Positions 12,045 through 24,232 of a stretch of 64,000 nucleotides of DNA are shown here, piece by piece. The stretch lies in the NCBI RefSeq assembly GCF_009914755.1, contig NC_060925.1; one strand, written 5' to 3'. Position 1 is the stretch's first letter, and each line of letters begins with the position of its first letter. The notes below the pieces were generated by a model. The model ran no database searches and was not told where the DNA came from. It was given only the letters and a program-made list of their open reading frames with translations. The position numbers and the translations under genes were made by a program. This stretch comes from the human T2T-CHM13v2.0 reference genome, Homo sapiens.

Positions 12045-12165
12045 TGTGTGCAGCTGATGGGACCCCGGCCCGGCGGGAGTGGCGGGGAGGGCACTGTGGA
12101 ATTAAACAGTGCACCCATCATCTGCTGCCAGAATGCGACTTGCCTGGCCTATAAATAGATGCCAC
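12045..12165. promoter_or_regulatory. Candidate MEF2/E-box enhancer in intron 10
   Basis: Exact MEF2 site CTATAAATAG at 12149-12158; E-boxes CAGCTG at 12051-12056 and CATCTG at 12119-12124. Confidence 0.4.
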
Positions 12166-13534
12166 TTCCTGTACCTGGTTCTCGCCTGGCTAAGGACCAG
12201 GGCAGGGCTGCTTAGGTCTGCTCTCAGTTATCTGACCCCTCTACAGAAAAAGAAAGGCTGGGCTTTGTGTGGCCCCGGGGCTGGAGTCAGCCACACTCGG
12301 GTCCATCCCAGATCAGCCAGAAACCATCCCTGTTGCTGGAGCTCAGTGCCTGACCTCTCTGGGCCTCAGTTTCTACAGCTCTGAAAACTGCCTGCCAGCA
12401 GGGCGAGAGCAGTGAGTGAGAGGAGGTGTGTGAAGCACCTGGCCCAGTGCTCCATTCCTGAAGGGTTCCCATTAAGGAGGCCTTCGCTCTTCCTTTCCCA
12501 AGGGGGAGTTCGGAGAGGGTACCAGGGCAGTTTGGGTCTCAACAGGCAGTTCTCCTGGTCCTGGGGCATTTCTGGGTCCCCAGAGATGGCAGGTAGAGTC
12601 TCTGCCCAGGCCACTCACCCTCCTAGCTGTTCAGGCTCATTATATGAGCCATAATGTGTCTCGGACCAAGGGACCAGGAGCCACAAGGCTCAAGGCACAC
12701 TGAGAGCTGGGACTCCCCTGCTAGAGCCAGCACTCTGTCTTCAGCTAACTCCACAAAGGGGGCCTCCTTTGGACATCTCTGCTTTGAGGCCCAAATTGGA
12801 ACACATTGCTCTGTAAAACAGCACTGGATGTATTCATTCATTCATTTCTTCATTTGCCAAATAACTTTTGAGTAGCCCCTGCTTGCTCTGCACAGAGTAG
12901 GGGCCTGGAATGGAGCAAACAATAAGACCCAGCTTCTCACCGGGCCCCTGATCGTAAGGGGCTCTCGGTCCAGGGAGGAGTGCAGTGCGCAAATGAATCA
13001 CTGCTCCGGAGATGACGCTGGCTGCTTGGGGACCTCATCTTTGGGTCTCCCCAGAGGAATCTGAGGCTGAGCTCGAAGGATGAACACTTGGAAGTCAGAA
13101 TCAAACTGGCCTCACCAAAAAGAGAGGCTCAGAGGCTTATGAGCACAAGCCAGGAACGACACGGGAGGAGGGGGCACTGGCAACACAGTTGGCCAATGCC
13201 CACCCGTCTCCCAACACACCTGCCCAAGCAAAACAGATGAGCAGGGTCCTGCCCTGGCAGCTCCCACACCGTCACAGGTGGCAGGAGACACGCAGGCACT
13301 GAGTGTGTCTTCTGCAAGACTCCAGGGTGCTTCAGGGGCAGGAGGGAGCCCACCAAGTTAGGGCAGTGAGCTGAGGGCAGTGAGCAGTGAGTGAGAGGAG
13401 GTGCTGGGGAAAAGAGGCGACTCAGGCTTGGGAGAAGATAGGGGAATCCACCAAGAAGACTCTACTGGCCAGAGAGCCCTACTCTGGATTCCTAAGAGGT
13501 CACCAGAACACAAAAGATGAAATTCAAAATGAAA

Positions 13535-14560
<1,026 letters not shown>

Positions 14561-16635
14561 CAGATGTAAGGAGAAGGGCTCCCTTGGGCACCACACTCCC
14601 CCTGGTTTCCTGTAGGGGTGCTGGGCTGTGGCCCCCGGTGCTGGATTATGGGCCTCCCAACACCCTCCCAGCAGGAGCGGGTCTCAGGTGCGCTGATGTT
14701 GCCTTCGACAGGAGGCTAATGAAGGGGTCTAGGCAACAAATGATGGCGGCATGGACTACAGCATCTGCAGTGGAGATGGAGAGCAATGGATGGACCCAGG
14801 ACTTGCTGATGGACTGCATGAGCGGGGAAGGGAAGAGCGAGTCCAGGAAGCTTCCTGGGTGATGGAACTGCAGGAGCAGGGCTGCTGGGCTGGGACCCCG
14901 GAGACCACAGTAGGTCCCCTCTGCTCTGTCTCTCTGGGAAGGAAGAAATGCCTTGGAGTCTGCCACCATTCCAGCGTTGCTGCAGGTTGTGCACTTGCCA
15001 GAAGATGGTGGAAGAGCAGCAGCAGTTGAAGAGGCCATCCCCCCCGACCCCAAGCTGGGACACATTGTCCCAGGGAAGCCGTGAGTTCTCCAAGGCTGGC
15101 CCAAGGAGGCTGCTAAGAGGAGCAGCCCTGAGCGGGCTCCGATGGGTGTAGGTGCTGGCCACCTGCCTTCCTGTTGGCAAGCCAGGCCAATCTCCAGGGC
15201 AGGCATGCGACCACAAGCTTGGAGACCCGCCCAGGGATGCCAACAGAGCCATAGCAGGTTCTGGACTTGGCCGGGGCTCCCTGCCCAGGCACCTCGGAGG
15301 TCCTATGTGACCTCCACTGTGGAGTCCTTTGGTTCAGGTTGTGGCCTGGAGCTGAGGTTCCCAGCCAGGGTGGAAAACACAGAGGAAAAACCCATGGGTC
15401 CCCTTGGACAGTGACTCCCGAAGGCCTTCCCTGGGGACAATGGCAAGATGGCTGCTGCCTTAACACATCCACCCAGGATGGACAGCGGCCACCGGTCAAT
15501 GAGCTGGTTTTCCCATCGGGACTGGGATCTGCATCAGAGTCCTCGGAGGAAAGATGGAGCTCTGCTTGTCCTAGGGAGCGGCTGGCTTGGACGGCTTCCT
15601 CGACTCTATAAGCTTCTGAAAACCAAGGGCCCACACAGTAATGTGATCCCCACGCATGTCCTCCCTGGAAGTCTGTACTGGGGAGGCCCTGGGTATCAGT
15701 ATCTGGTATTCCGGAAAAGCAGGGCAGAAGGCACAGAACCCAGACATCTGCCAGGGATGAGGCCTGGCAGGGCAGTGTGCACACCCACCATTGCCCACGG
15801 GCCACCTCTGTGGGCCACAGGCCAGCCCCCAAGATGCCAACATGAGCCATGGAGAGGCAACCTCAACCCAAGAGCTGAAGCTGGTCTCCACCGCAGGCTG
15901 GCTTCGTCTTACTCACAGTGAGAACATACCTCGTTTATTCCACAAATAGAGTTATTTGTTGAGCCCTGTGTTGGGGCCACAGCAGTTAACGAGACCTGCC
16001 AGGGCCCTGTCTTCCAGAGCTTACTGTCGGGCCACTGGAGGGAGGTGCAACCTTCACATCAGCATCCCCAGCTCAGCACCCACTGGGGCTGAGCTGGGGC
16101 CAGGGTAACAGAGGCACATCTGAAGCTCCTTCATCGGGGAAGCAGAAGAACTAAAAATACAAGGGATGGCTGGCTGTTCATCGAGTCAGGACAAGCTTGT
16201 AGGAATAGGTGAAACAAAATAAGCGCAAATAAATCCAAAGCAAATTTTGTACCCGAACCCCACCCAGGAAGGATGGGACAAGAGGGGAAGTCAGCCAGCC
16301 ATGAGGCAGGGATGGGGGCCATTCACTCATTCACTTGTTCAGCCAGTCTGTACTGAGCACCCAGCTCCTGCCCTCACTCGGAGGACAAAGCAAAGGGGCA
16401 GTTACGTACCTGGGAGTGATCACAGGACAGCTGGCTGAGTCTGGGCGAACCAAGAAGGTTCCTAGAAGCAGCATTGTGTTTGGGCCTCGAATGAGCAGGC
16501 ATAGGCTACCATTAAGGAGAGCTGGACATTAACCAATGAAGGGTAGTGGGGAGGGGACATTCCAGGCCCTGTGTGGTTCACCAGGCTGTAGGTACCCACC
16601 CATCCCTTGACCTGGTCTTTTTCTCTCGCTTTCAG

Positions 16636-16770
16636 CCCATGACACTGGTCTTGTGACCCTACAAGTTGCCTTCAACAACCAGATCATCTCCAACTCGGTG
16701 GTGTTTGAGTACAAAGCCCGGGCTCTGCCCACGCTCCCTTCCTCCCAGCACGACTGGCTGTCGTTGGACG
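16636..16770 (+). CDS. CAMTA1: CAMTA1 coding exon 11 (135 nt, phase 1/1): AHDTGLVTLQVAFNNQIISNSVVFEYKARALPTLPSSQHDWLSLD
   Basis: Acceptor ttttctctcgctttcag; donor ACG|gtaaga; completes the TIG domain (…FEYK) in frame with exon 10. Confidence 0.97.
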
Positions 16771-19210
16771 GTAAGAACAGTGCTTGGGTCGTCTTGCCAG
16801 GCACCAAGGGAGAGGGATGCTTGGGGACTCTTGCACAAGGTGTGAAAGAAGAGTAAGCACCCAGAAAGGGGCAGGAAGTGGTGCCAATGTGAGCAAAGGA
16901 AGGCCGACTGGGTCTCCACCGCCAGGCTGAGTGCCTATGCTGTCAGCCATTTGTGTCTGGACACTGGCTGGCCCCACCCTCAATCTCAGTCTCTCCCTGG
17001 GACAGACTGAAAAGTATGTGAGTGTGGGCCTGTGGCTGGCACGCCTGCTGGGCTGTCTGAGTGGCCAAGCAAGCCCAGGGCAGCTAAGAGGCTCTGGCGA
17101 AGGACCCCAGGCAGCAAGGTCCAAGCACCCGCTGTGCCCCTCCAGGCCTGTTTCCGTGGGCTCCTGGAAGCAAAAAGGGTTCCCAGAGGCCATCGCCAAG
17201 CCCCAAGCCTCTCGAGAAAGAGGACGGGGAGGCAGCTCAGGCCTGGGCTTCTTTCGAATTTGGGGGCTTGCTTCTGCCTTTTGGGGCTAACCAGCCAAAT
17301 CTTCTCCTGGAAGCCCTCAAATACCCTCAACTCCAGCTTCTTGGCTGATTTTAATTCCACCTCTGGCCTGTACGGCGTCTGTGGCAAGCCCAGGATCACG
17401 ACTGTGGCAGAGGGTAGAGTGTCAGGGACCCCAGTGGGCTTCAAGGGAGCAGGCAGGACCTGGTGGTCAAGGAGAGGCAGGGACTCCAAGAGCTGCCAGC
17501 CTTGGCCATGGGGGTCGGTGAGTGTTGGTGGTTCCCCTTGGGGTACCAGGGGCTCTGCAGAGAAGAGCTGCCAAAGGCAGGCTGGGGACGCCAGAGCCAG
17601 AGGCTGCCATTTCCCACCTGGGCACACGTCAGGAGGCCCAGAGCTAGCCAAGGCCTGGGGGGCTGAGCCCAGTACACTGGGGATGCGGTAGGAGGGATGC
17701 CTGTCCATAACCTCAGTATCAGGTGAGCCCACAGAGGTGACACTCCATGGGGTACCTTGCTGGAGACCTTGCTAGCCCAGGATGTTGAGGTCTGGGCTAA
17801 GCTGAGCCTGAGCCCCTTGCAGGGGTGGGTTCTCCAAGCAACACCCCCTCACGCACCCCGCACCCACAGCTGGCCTTCTGGGTCTCACCTCTCAGACTGC
17901 CCCTTGCTGTTGGCTGCTGGAGGATTTCTGGGCTTGGGTACATAGTTCATTTCCTGAACCACCCAGTGTGTAAACCTCAGCCTTATCCCAGTCCCTGCCC
18001 CAGCCGAGAGAGAGGGTGCCGACAGCTGCCCTGGCTGGTGAACCCTCAGGAGACAATTCCCTGGGGTGGCTTTGGGTCTTCAAACCCTAGCATGGGCTGC
18101 CCTGGGGCACCGAGCTGCCCTTGGCAGCATCTCTGGCTGAGGCCGGAGCCAGGCAGAGCTGTGATGACCACCCACAGGATGTAACAAAGAAGGGCAGGGT
18201 GACCAGGGGCTCCCGTTTAGGAAATCTGGTTTTAGTTTTGCAGAACAAATGGGGAATGGAGTCAGGAACTCTCCAGAGCTCTGGCTCTCCCTGAGTGACT
18301 TGGCCGGCCTCACTAGAATGAACCCAAGGATGCTGGGACCACTGTAGGACCCTGCCTGGCAGATGGAGCCTTTTCAGAGAGCAAAGTCACAGTCAGGCAG
18401 TGCCCCAGAGCTCAGGACACATCTGCAGGCCCCCTGGAAACCCAGAGAGCCAGCTGTACCCCAGAAGCTACGGCACGGGAGGATGCTGCCATAGAAACCG
18501 GGGGGAAGGGGAGCCACCCAACTGCTTCATGACAGACACACCCCGGGACCTCGGCCACCCCAGGCCCCTCGAGATGGGCCTGCCGCCAAGCTGGGCACCT
18601 GCTCCCTAGCTGCCCCCCCCCCCCAGAACTTTGAGCTCTGAACTCTGTGGGCCTCCAAGTTGAAATAAGCACCCCTGCACCTGCAGGATACACAGGAGGG
18701 TGACAGGAATTGGGGCGGCGATGACATCAAGGCCTGGGCGTCCAGCAGCATCGCCTCTGTTACCACCAGCCAGGGCACAGCTAGGGGAACAGTAGCTCCG
18801 CAGCTTGGACCCCCAGCTCAGAGCGCCCTGCTGAACCAGAGGGGACCAGCCTGGGGTCCACCTCGGCCCAGGGGCCCTGCAGAGAGCAGATCAGGGCCCT
18901 GAAGGACGCTTTCCTTTGGTCTGGGCCAGTTGTCCTTTCAAGGAATGAGTGGGAGGCAGGGACAGAGGAACTGCCAGACCCCACCTGGCTGGGGAGAAGC
19001 GGGTCTTCCCTGGCTATTCTTTTTCCCCCTAAATGAATACAAGGCACTCACCCACCCAAGGGCCCAGCCTTCCCAGCCTTTCACCAGCTTGATAAATACT
19101 AAGGGAGGGGAGGGGAAGCAGCGCCGCAGTCGCAGCGCAAAGGGGGCCGCGGGAACAGCTAGTCGGGAGCGCGGGGGTCCCGGGCCTCTGGCCAGCCACG
19201 GGGCCTGGCC

Positions 19211-19253
19211 ATGAACTTTGCGTCCGGGCCAATGCTGCAGTGGCCGGGCGGTG
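19211..19253 (+). CDS. CAMTA1: Candidate alternative first coding exon B: MNFASGPMLQWPGG plus 1 nt, splicing to exon 12 (outside the window)
   Basis: gccATG context; upstream in-frame TAG at 19160-19162; no ATG between ~19120 and 19210; donor GTG|gtgagc after 43 coding nt is phase 1, the same phase as the exon 11 donor. Confidence 0.6.
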
Positions 19254-19881
19254 GTGAGCCTTCCGTTCCCCGCCTGTCCCTCCCGGCCCCTCCCCTCGGT
19301 CTCCGCAGCTTCTCGGCTCAGCCCCTCCCGTCCCCGCGGGCGCTGGGCCGATTCTCCCTCCGCGCTGGCCAGGCCGTGGAGACGGGTTCGCCGCGGAGAG
19401 GGGAGGAGGGCTGGGGAAGGGGTGGGCGCCAGGGGACTGCAGCGCGGAGCAAACTGGGGCACGGCTGCCGGCGGCGCGCGTGCACACACTCTCTCCCACG
19501 CGCGCGCCCTCCCGCCGACGCGCAGCCGCAATGCGGGGCCCTTCGCGGAACTGCTGGCGGCGCCGCGCCCCGCGGGGTCTGGGGCCCCAGCAGGGACTGC
19601 GAGGACCGCGGGACTAGGAAGGCCTGAGCCCGGCCACCCGCCTCCGAGTGCGCCGCACCGTGCGGCGGGGACCACAGGCCTTCGGTGGGCGGCGAGCCCT
19701 GGCTCCCTCGTTCGGTGGCCTCTGCTGCATGTGGGATGCGCCCTTTGTCCCCTCTGCCATGCGCGGGGGAAAATGTTTGAGGGCGGGGAAGAGACTGTCT
19801 GCCCTCATTTGATCTAAAACATGAATTTGTTTGCTTGGCTAAAGGCCGGGGTGGGGGCGTGGGTCCGGGGCGCAGAGAACA

Positions 19882-19931
19882 CGCGCGCGCGCGCGCGCGC
19901 CAGCAGCAGCAGCAGCAGCAGCAGCTGCTGC
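19882..19931 (+). repeat. Compound microsatellite (CG)9C-(CAG)8-(CTG)2
   Basis: Read directly: CG run 19882-19900, CAG x8 19901-19924, then CTGCTGC. Confidence 0.95.
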
Positions 19932-19989
19932 GGCGAAGTCTTTGTCCCCGCGGCGCAGCCTTTGTCCCCGCGGCGTAGCTTTTGTTTGC
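19930..19989 (+). repeat. Three degenerate 20-bp units gcggcgNagNYtttgtYYSc
   Basis: tttgt recurs at 19941, 19961 and 19981. Confidence 0.8.
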
Positions 19990-21931
19990 GCAGCCCCGCC
20001 CTGCGGAGGGCGATCGTCCCCACGTTGGGGCCGGGGGGCAGGGACCCGACGTCCCCAAAATCTCAGCTGGGGCGCAGCCATCCTGGGAGAGACCGGGCGT
20101 GGAGATGGGGGAAGGTGGGAGGAGGAATCGCAGCCTTCTGGATCCCGGAGCTGCAGCGCCTCCCCCAGACCTAGGGGTCTTCCCCTCCCTTCCCCTGCGC
20201 CCCACTGTGAGCTCCAGGGTCAAAGGCCCTGTCTGCTGGACCCCCATCACTTAGCCCAGGGTTGGCACGTGGTGGGCTGCAGTACATATTTGTGATATGA
20301 ATGCAGGCACACGTGAATGAGTGCAGGAGGGACTGTCAAAAAGCTGAATCCAACTAGTGGTAAGGAAGGTTTCACAGAGGAAACGACCCCCTTGGTGAGA
20401 CCTGAAGCCTGAGCAGGGTTAGCCCGGGAAGAGGGGGCATCAAGGGTGGCAGGAGAGGGAATGAGCGGCTGCCTTTAACCCAGGGTCTTCGGGAACTGCC
20501 GTTTTCACCATTTCTCCTCCACCCACAAAGGTGCGGATTCAGAACAAATTTCCTCTGTCCTGACCTGACCCCAGGCCATTTGCACAGGACCCCAGGGAGG
20601 TCTGAGCAGGCCAGCTCTTCATACAAAGATGCAAGGGGGACCTCTTCCAGGCTAGAGGTAGGCAGGCAATGGGGTTTACCCTGGAGACCCACTGGGGAGG
20701 ATCTCTGGGAAATGTCACTTATACCTGTGATAGGTCCTATGGATACAACAGCCAGGGCCGTGCTGAACTTCAAGAGGATGCTGTCTGTGTAGATTTGGCG
20801 TCGCCTGTGCCTGTGTTTACAAAGAGAATAAACCCAGGCAGTTCAACACTGCAGCCCTGGAGCTGAGGGGATGGGGCGGGCCCTCTTCTGGCCAAGGACA
20901 CTGGGACACCTTTAAGTGACCTGGGTCCCTAGAAGAGAAGGTGAGCGGAATTTTTGTGTGCCTCTTTCTTGTCTTACAGCATCTGATTCTCCCCCAAGGC
21001 CAAGTTCAGAAGATTTAGGGTACCCTGTCCCCACCCCCACCTGCCGGCCCTTCTTGGAACCCCACTAAGCCGCTTAGACTTAGACTCTATTTTCAGTGCT
21101 TCTCAGGCAACTGAGCCTCCTTGCCTGGGTGAGAGGATTGGAGTGAGACCTGCGTGCAGCTCCCCTGGGCTTGGCTGGTCTCCTGGGCAGGCCCCCTTCT
21201 GGCCTCAGGGGTGAGGGGGGACCCTGTCATCTCAGGCAGAGCGGGGAGCATGGACTAAAAGCTCAAACTTCATTATCCAGTTGCCTGCTTCCTGGGCAAG
21301 CCTCAGTGTAAGGTGGGTGAGCCCAGACAGCTTGCCCCTGCAGCTGGCCAGAGACAGACGGGGTTATCCTGTGACTTCTGGGGCAGCCTGGCCCTGGGGT
21401 AGGTGTCTGGGAAGACTGAGAGCCTCGCTCCTGTCTAAGCAAGTGGAGAGAAGGAAAGGCCTCTTGGTTTGGCCTTCTGATCCGTCCACGCTCTCTGTGC
21501 TAACAGATGGAAGATGTGTCTCTGGGGCAGCCCCTAGCTCTGCCCCCACTTCGGAGCTGCCACCTTAGGTGTGAGAGGGCCTGTCCCTGGCATGTGGCTG
21601 TGGTCCTGCTGGCCTTTCCTTGTGGGCTGATTCTAGTACCAGCCTCCACCCACCAGAGCTGGGAGATCACACACTGTCCCAGAGTCCAGGGGTACATTCC
21701 AGGGACAGTGGGAAAGGCCATTCTAGCTGGGACACTGGTCCCTGGGAGGCCTCTGGGTGCTTCTTCCTCCAATGGCAACACTCCAGGGCTTTCTGCTGAG
21801 TGGGCCTGGGCCGGCCGCTCCTAGGCTGGCTCCCTCCCTCAGATCCACCCAGCCCACCTCCGAGCAACCCTCAGCTGGCCCATGAACACATCGCATGACA
21901 TGGGATGCTGTAAGAGAACATACACAGAGTT

Positions 21932-22242
<311 letters not shown>

Positions 22243-23404
22243 AACATACAATGTACACTGAGAACACATTCCAAAGGCATCACTTGTCCCAGATAATGGA
22301 AGACAGAGGAGCAAAAATTATTTCCTTGCTAAATAATGTAAAATGCCTTTGCTTTACTAAAACCAATACAGTTTGTATTGTGGAGCAGAATACAAAATTC
22401 ACAAGAATTTTTCAGATTAGACAGTATGGGTGAATGGTCTTGACTTCAAAGAGCTACTTTGAATTACACCCATAGTGAAAGACTGGAAGCCCCCACCTAC
22501 CCTCTCCCACCTCCGGGAGCTCTTTAGGGGAGCTGGAGAAGCACTGACCCAGGGGTCACCCAAAGGAAGAAAGGACGCCCACCCCACCGAGAGCTTTCTG
22601 GCATCCACCTGGAGTGGGGACTGGGGCCAGCACAAGCTGGTTAGCGCATGGGCCCCTGGGTACTTCTGTGCATAGCAGTAACAGGTGACAGAAGCAGCTG
22701 GCGTGAGCCGGTCTTGCACTCGGGACCTGAGGCTGAGTGGCAGGAGTCACGTCCTCTCCGAGCCCAGCCAGTGCCATGCTCCAAAGCACAGGGCCCTCCT
22801 CGTAACCCGTCTCTCGCTGTCTGTGGGGCCTCCGTCATTATACATTGCGGTGGGTGTCTGTCAGCTTGGGTGCATGTGCTCCCCAGGCCTGCTTTCCTCA
22901 GCACCGCAGTGGGTGGGAGTCGCATCAGCATCCAGTTTGGGGAGCATCTTAGCCATTGGGGCTCCTAAGGAGCCAGCTGTGCTCCTCAGCCAGGACCAAG
23001 AGGTCTGGTCCTCAGATCCTCCTGGGACAGTGACTTCCTGCCATTTGCAGCTGGAGCCACACCAAGCAGACCTGTGTGGAGCTCCTCTGTGTAGCAAGGA
23101 GTGGGTCACCTTGGAGCTGGGTCCCATCCGGCCTCCTTGGAGCAGTGGCAAATGGTGCCCTGCGGAGAAATGGCCTTTAGGAGGAAGCTTGCCTCTCAGC
23201 AAAGGCCGAGGGGCAGCCTTTGCCACCCTGTCCTGGCCGTTGGGGCAGGAAGCAAAGTTGACTCCGTGGAGGACGCCCCAGGACTCGGGCAGATGCAGGC
23301 TCCTCTCCCAGGATTGGCTTCCCTGCCACCTGCGGGCCAGATGGCTCCTTCCAGAGTGTGCATGACTATGGCAGCTCAGACCCTCCAGGGGTCAAGATCA
23401 GCCA

Positions 23405-23837
23405 GCTGTTCCTGTGACTGCCAGACAAATGCCCACCAACTGGCTGGCTTCACACAGAGATGTGCTCTCACGGCTGTGGAGACTGGAAGCCAGAGTTCAA
23501 GGTCCCAGAGAGCCGTGCCCCCACCAAAGGCGCTAGGGAGGGACCCTCTCTGGCCACTTGCAGCTCTGGTGGCTGCTGATCATCGTTATGGATCCATGGC
23601 TTGTGGCAACAGAACCCCAGTCTCTGCCTGCACTGTCCTCCCTCTGCGTGTGTCTGTGTCCCTACTTTCTTTTAAGGACACCAGTCATTGGATTAAGGCC
23701 AACCCCATCCGGTGTGAACCCGTCTTAATGAATTACTAATTACATTTGTAATTTACTAATTACAAAGACTCCATTTCCAAATCAAGTCCCATTCTGAGGT
23801 TCCCTGTAGACATGAGCATTTGAGGAACACTGTTCAA
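23405..23837 (-). mobile_element. MLT1-type MaLR LTR remnant
   Basis: aaggacaccagtcattggatta and ccaaat…cattctgagg motifs characteristic of MLT1. Confidence 0.65.
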
Positions 23838-24047
23838 TGCAGGGCTCCATATCTTGTAGGCTTAGTCCCCAGGGCATGGTCCTGGGCATGATCCCAGCCG
23901 TCAGGCCTCACTGAAGGCAAAACTGACCCCCAGAAAATACCAGAAGCCTCCTGAGGGTTTGTTGTGCACGGGGTTCTGCCCTAGGTGTTGTGAGAAGCGC
24001 AGTGAAGAAGCCGCGCAGGTTAGGCTCCGGGGACTCCGCGGTGTCGG

Positions 24048-24232
24048 GGAGTTCACAGGCACCGTCCCGCGGTCACAGGTGGCATGTTTTGAGGAGTTCG
24101 CAGGCACCGTCCCGCGGTCACAGGTGGCGTGTTTTGAGGAGTTCGCAGGCACCGTCCTGCGGTCACAGGTGGTGTGTTTTGAGGAGTTCGCAGGCACCGT
24201 CCTGAGGTCACAGGTGGTGTGTTTTAAGGAGC
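24048..24232 (+). repeat. 45-bp minisatellite, 4 copies plus a partial one
   Basis: Unit ggagttcgcaggcaccgtcccgcggtcacaggtggcgtgttttga; accgtcc recurs at 24061, 24106, 24151 and 24196. Confidence 0.95.

Larger units (their letters stand above)
19100..20200 (+). promoter_or_regulatory. CpG island 1 in intron 11, candidate internal promoter B
   Basis: About 1.1 kb of very GC- and CpG-dense sequence; TATA-like GATAAATA at 19091-19098; X-box-like GCTGCCATAGAAAC at 18485-18498 upstream. Confidence 0.85.

Noticed and set aside
19821-20174. ORF MNLFAWLK… crossing the CG/CAG repeats (poly-Ser)
   Set aside because: Terminates at 20174 with no convincing in-phase donor before the stop; no support as a coding exon
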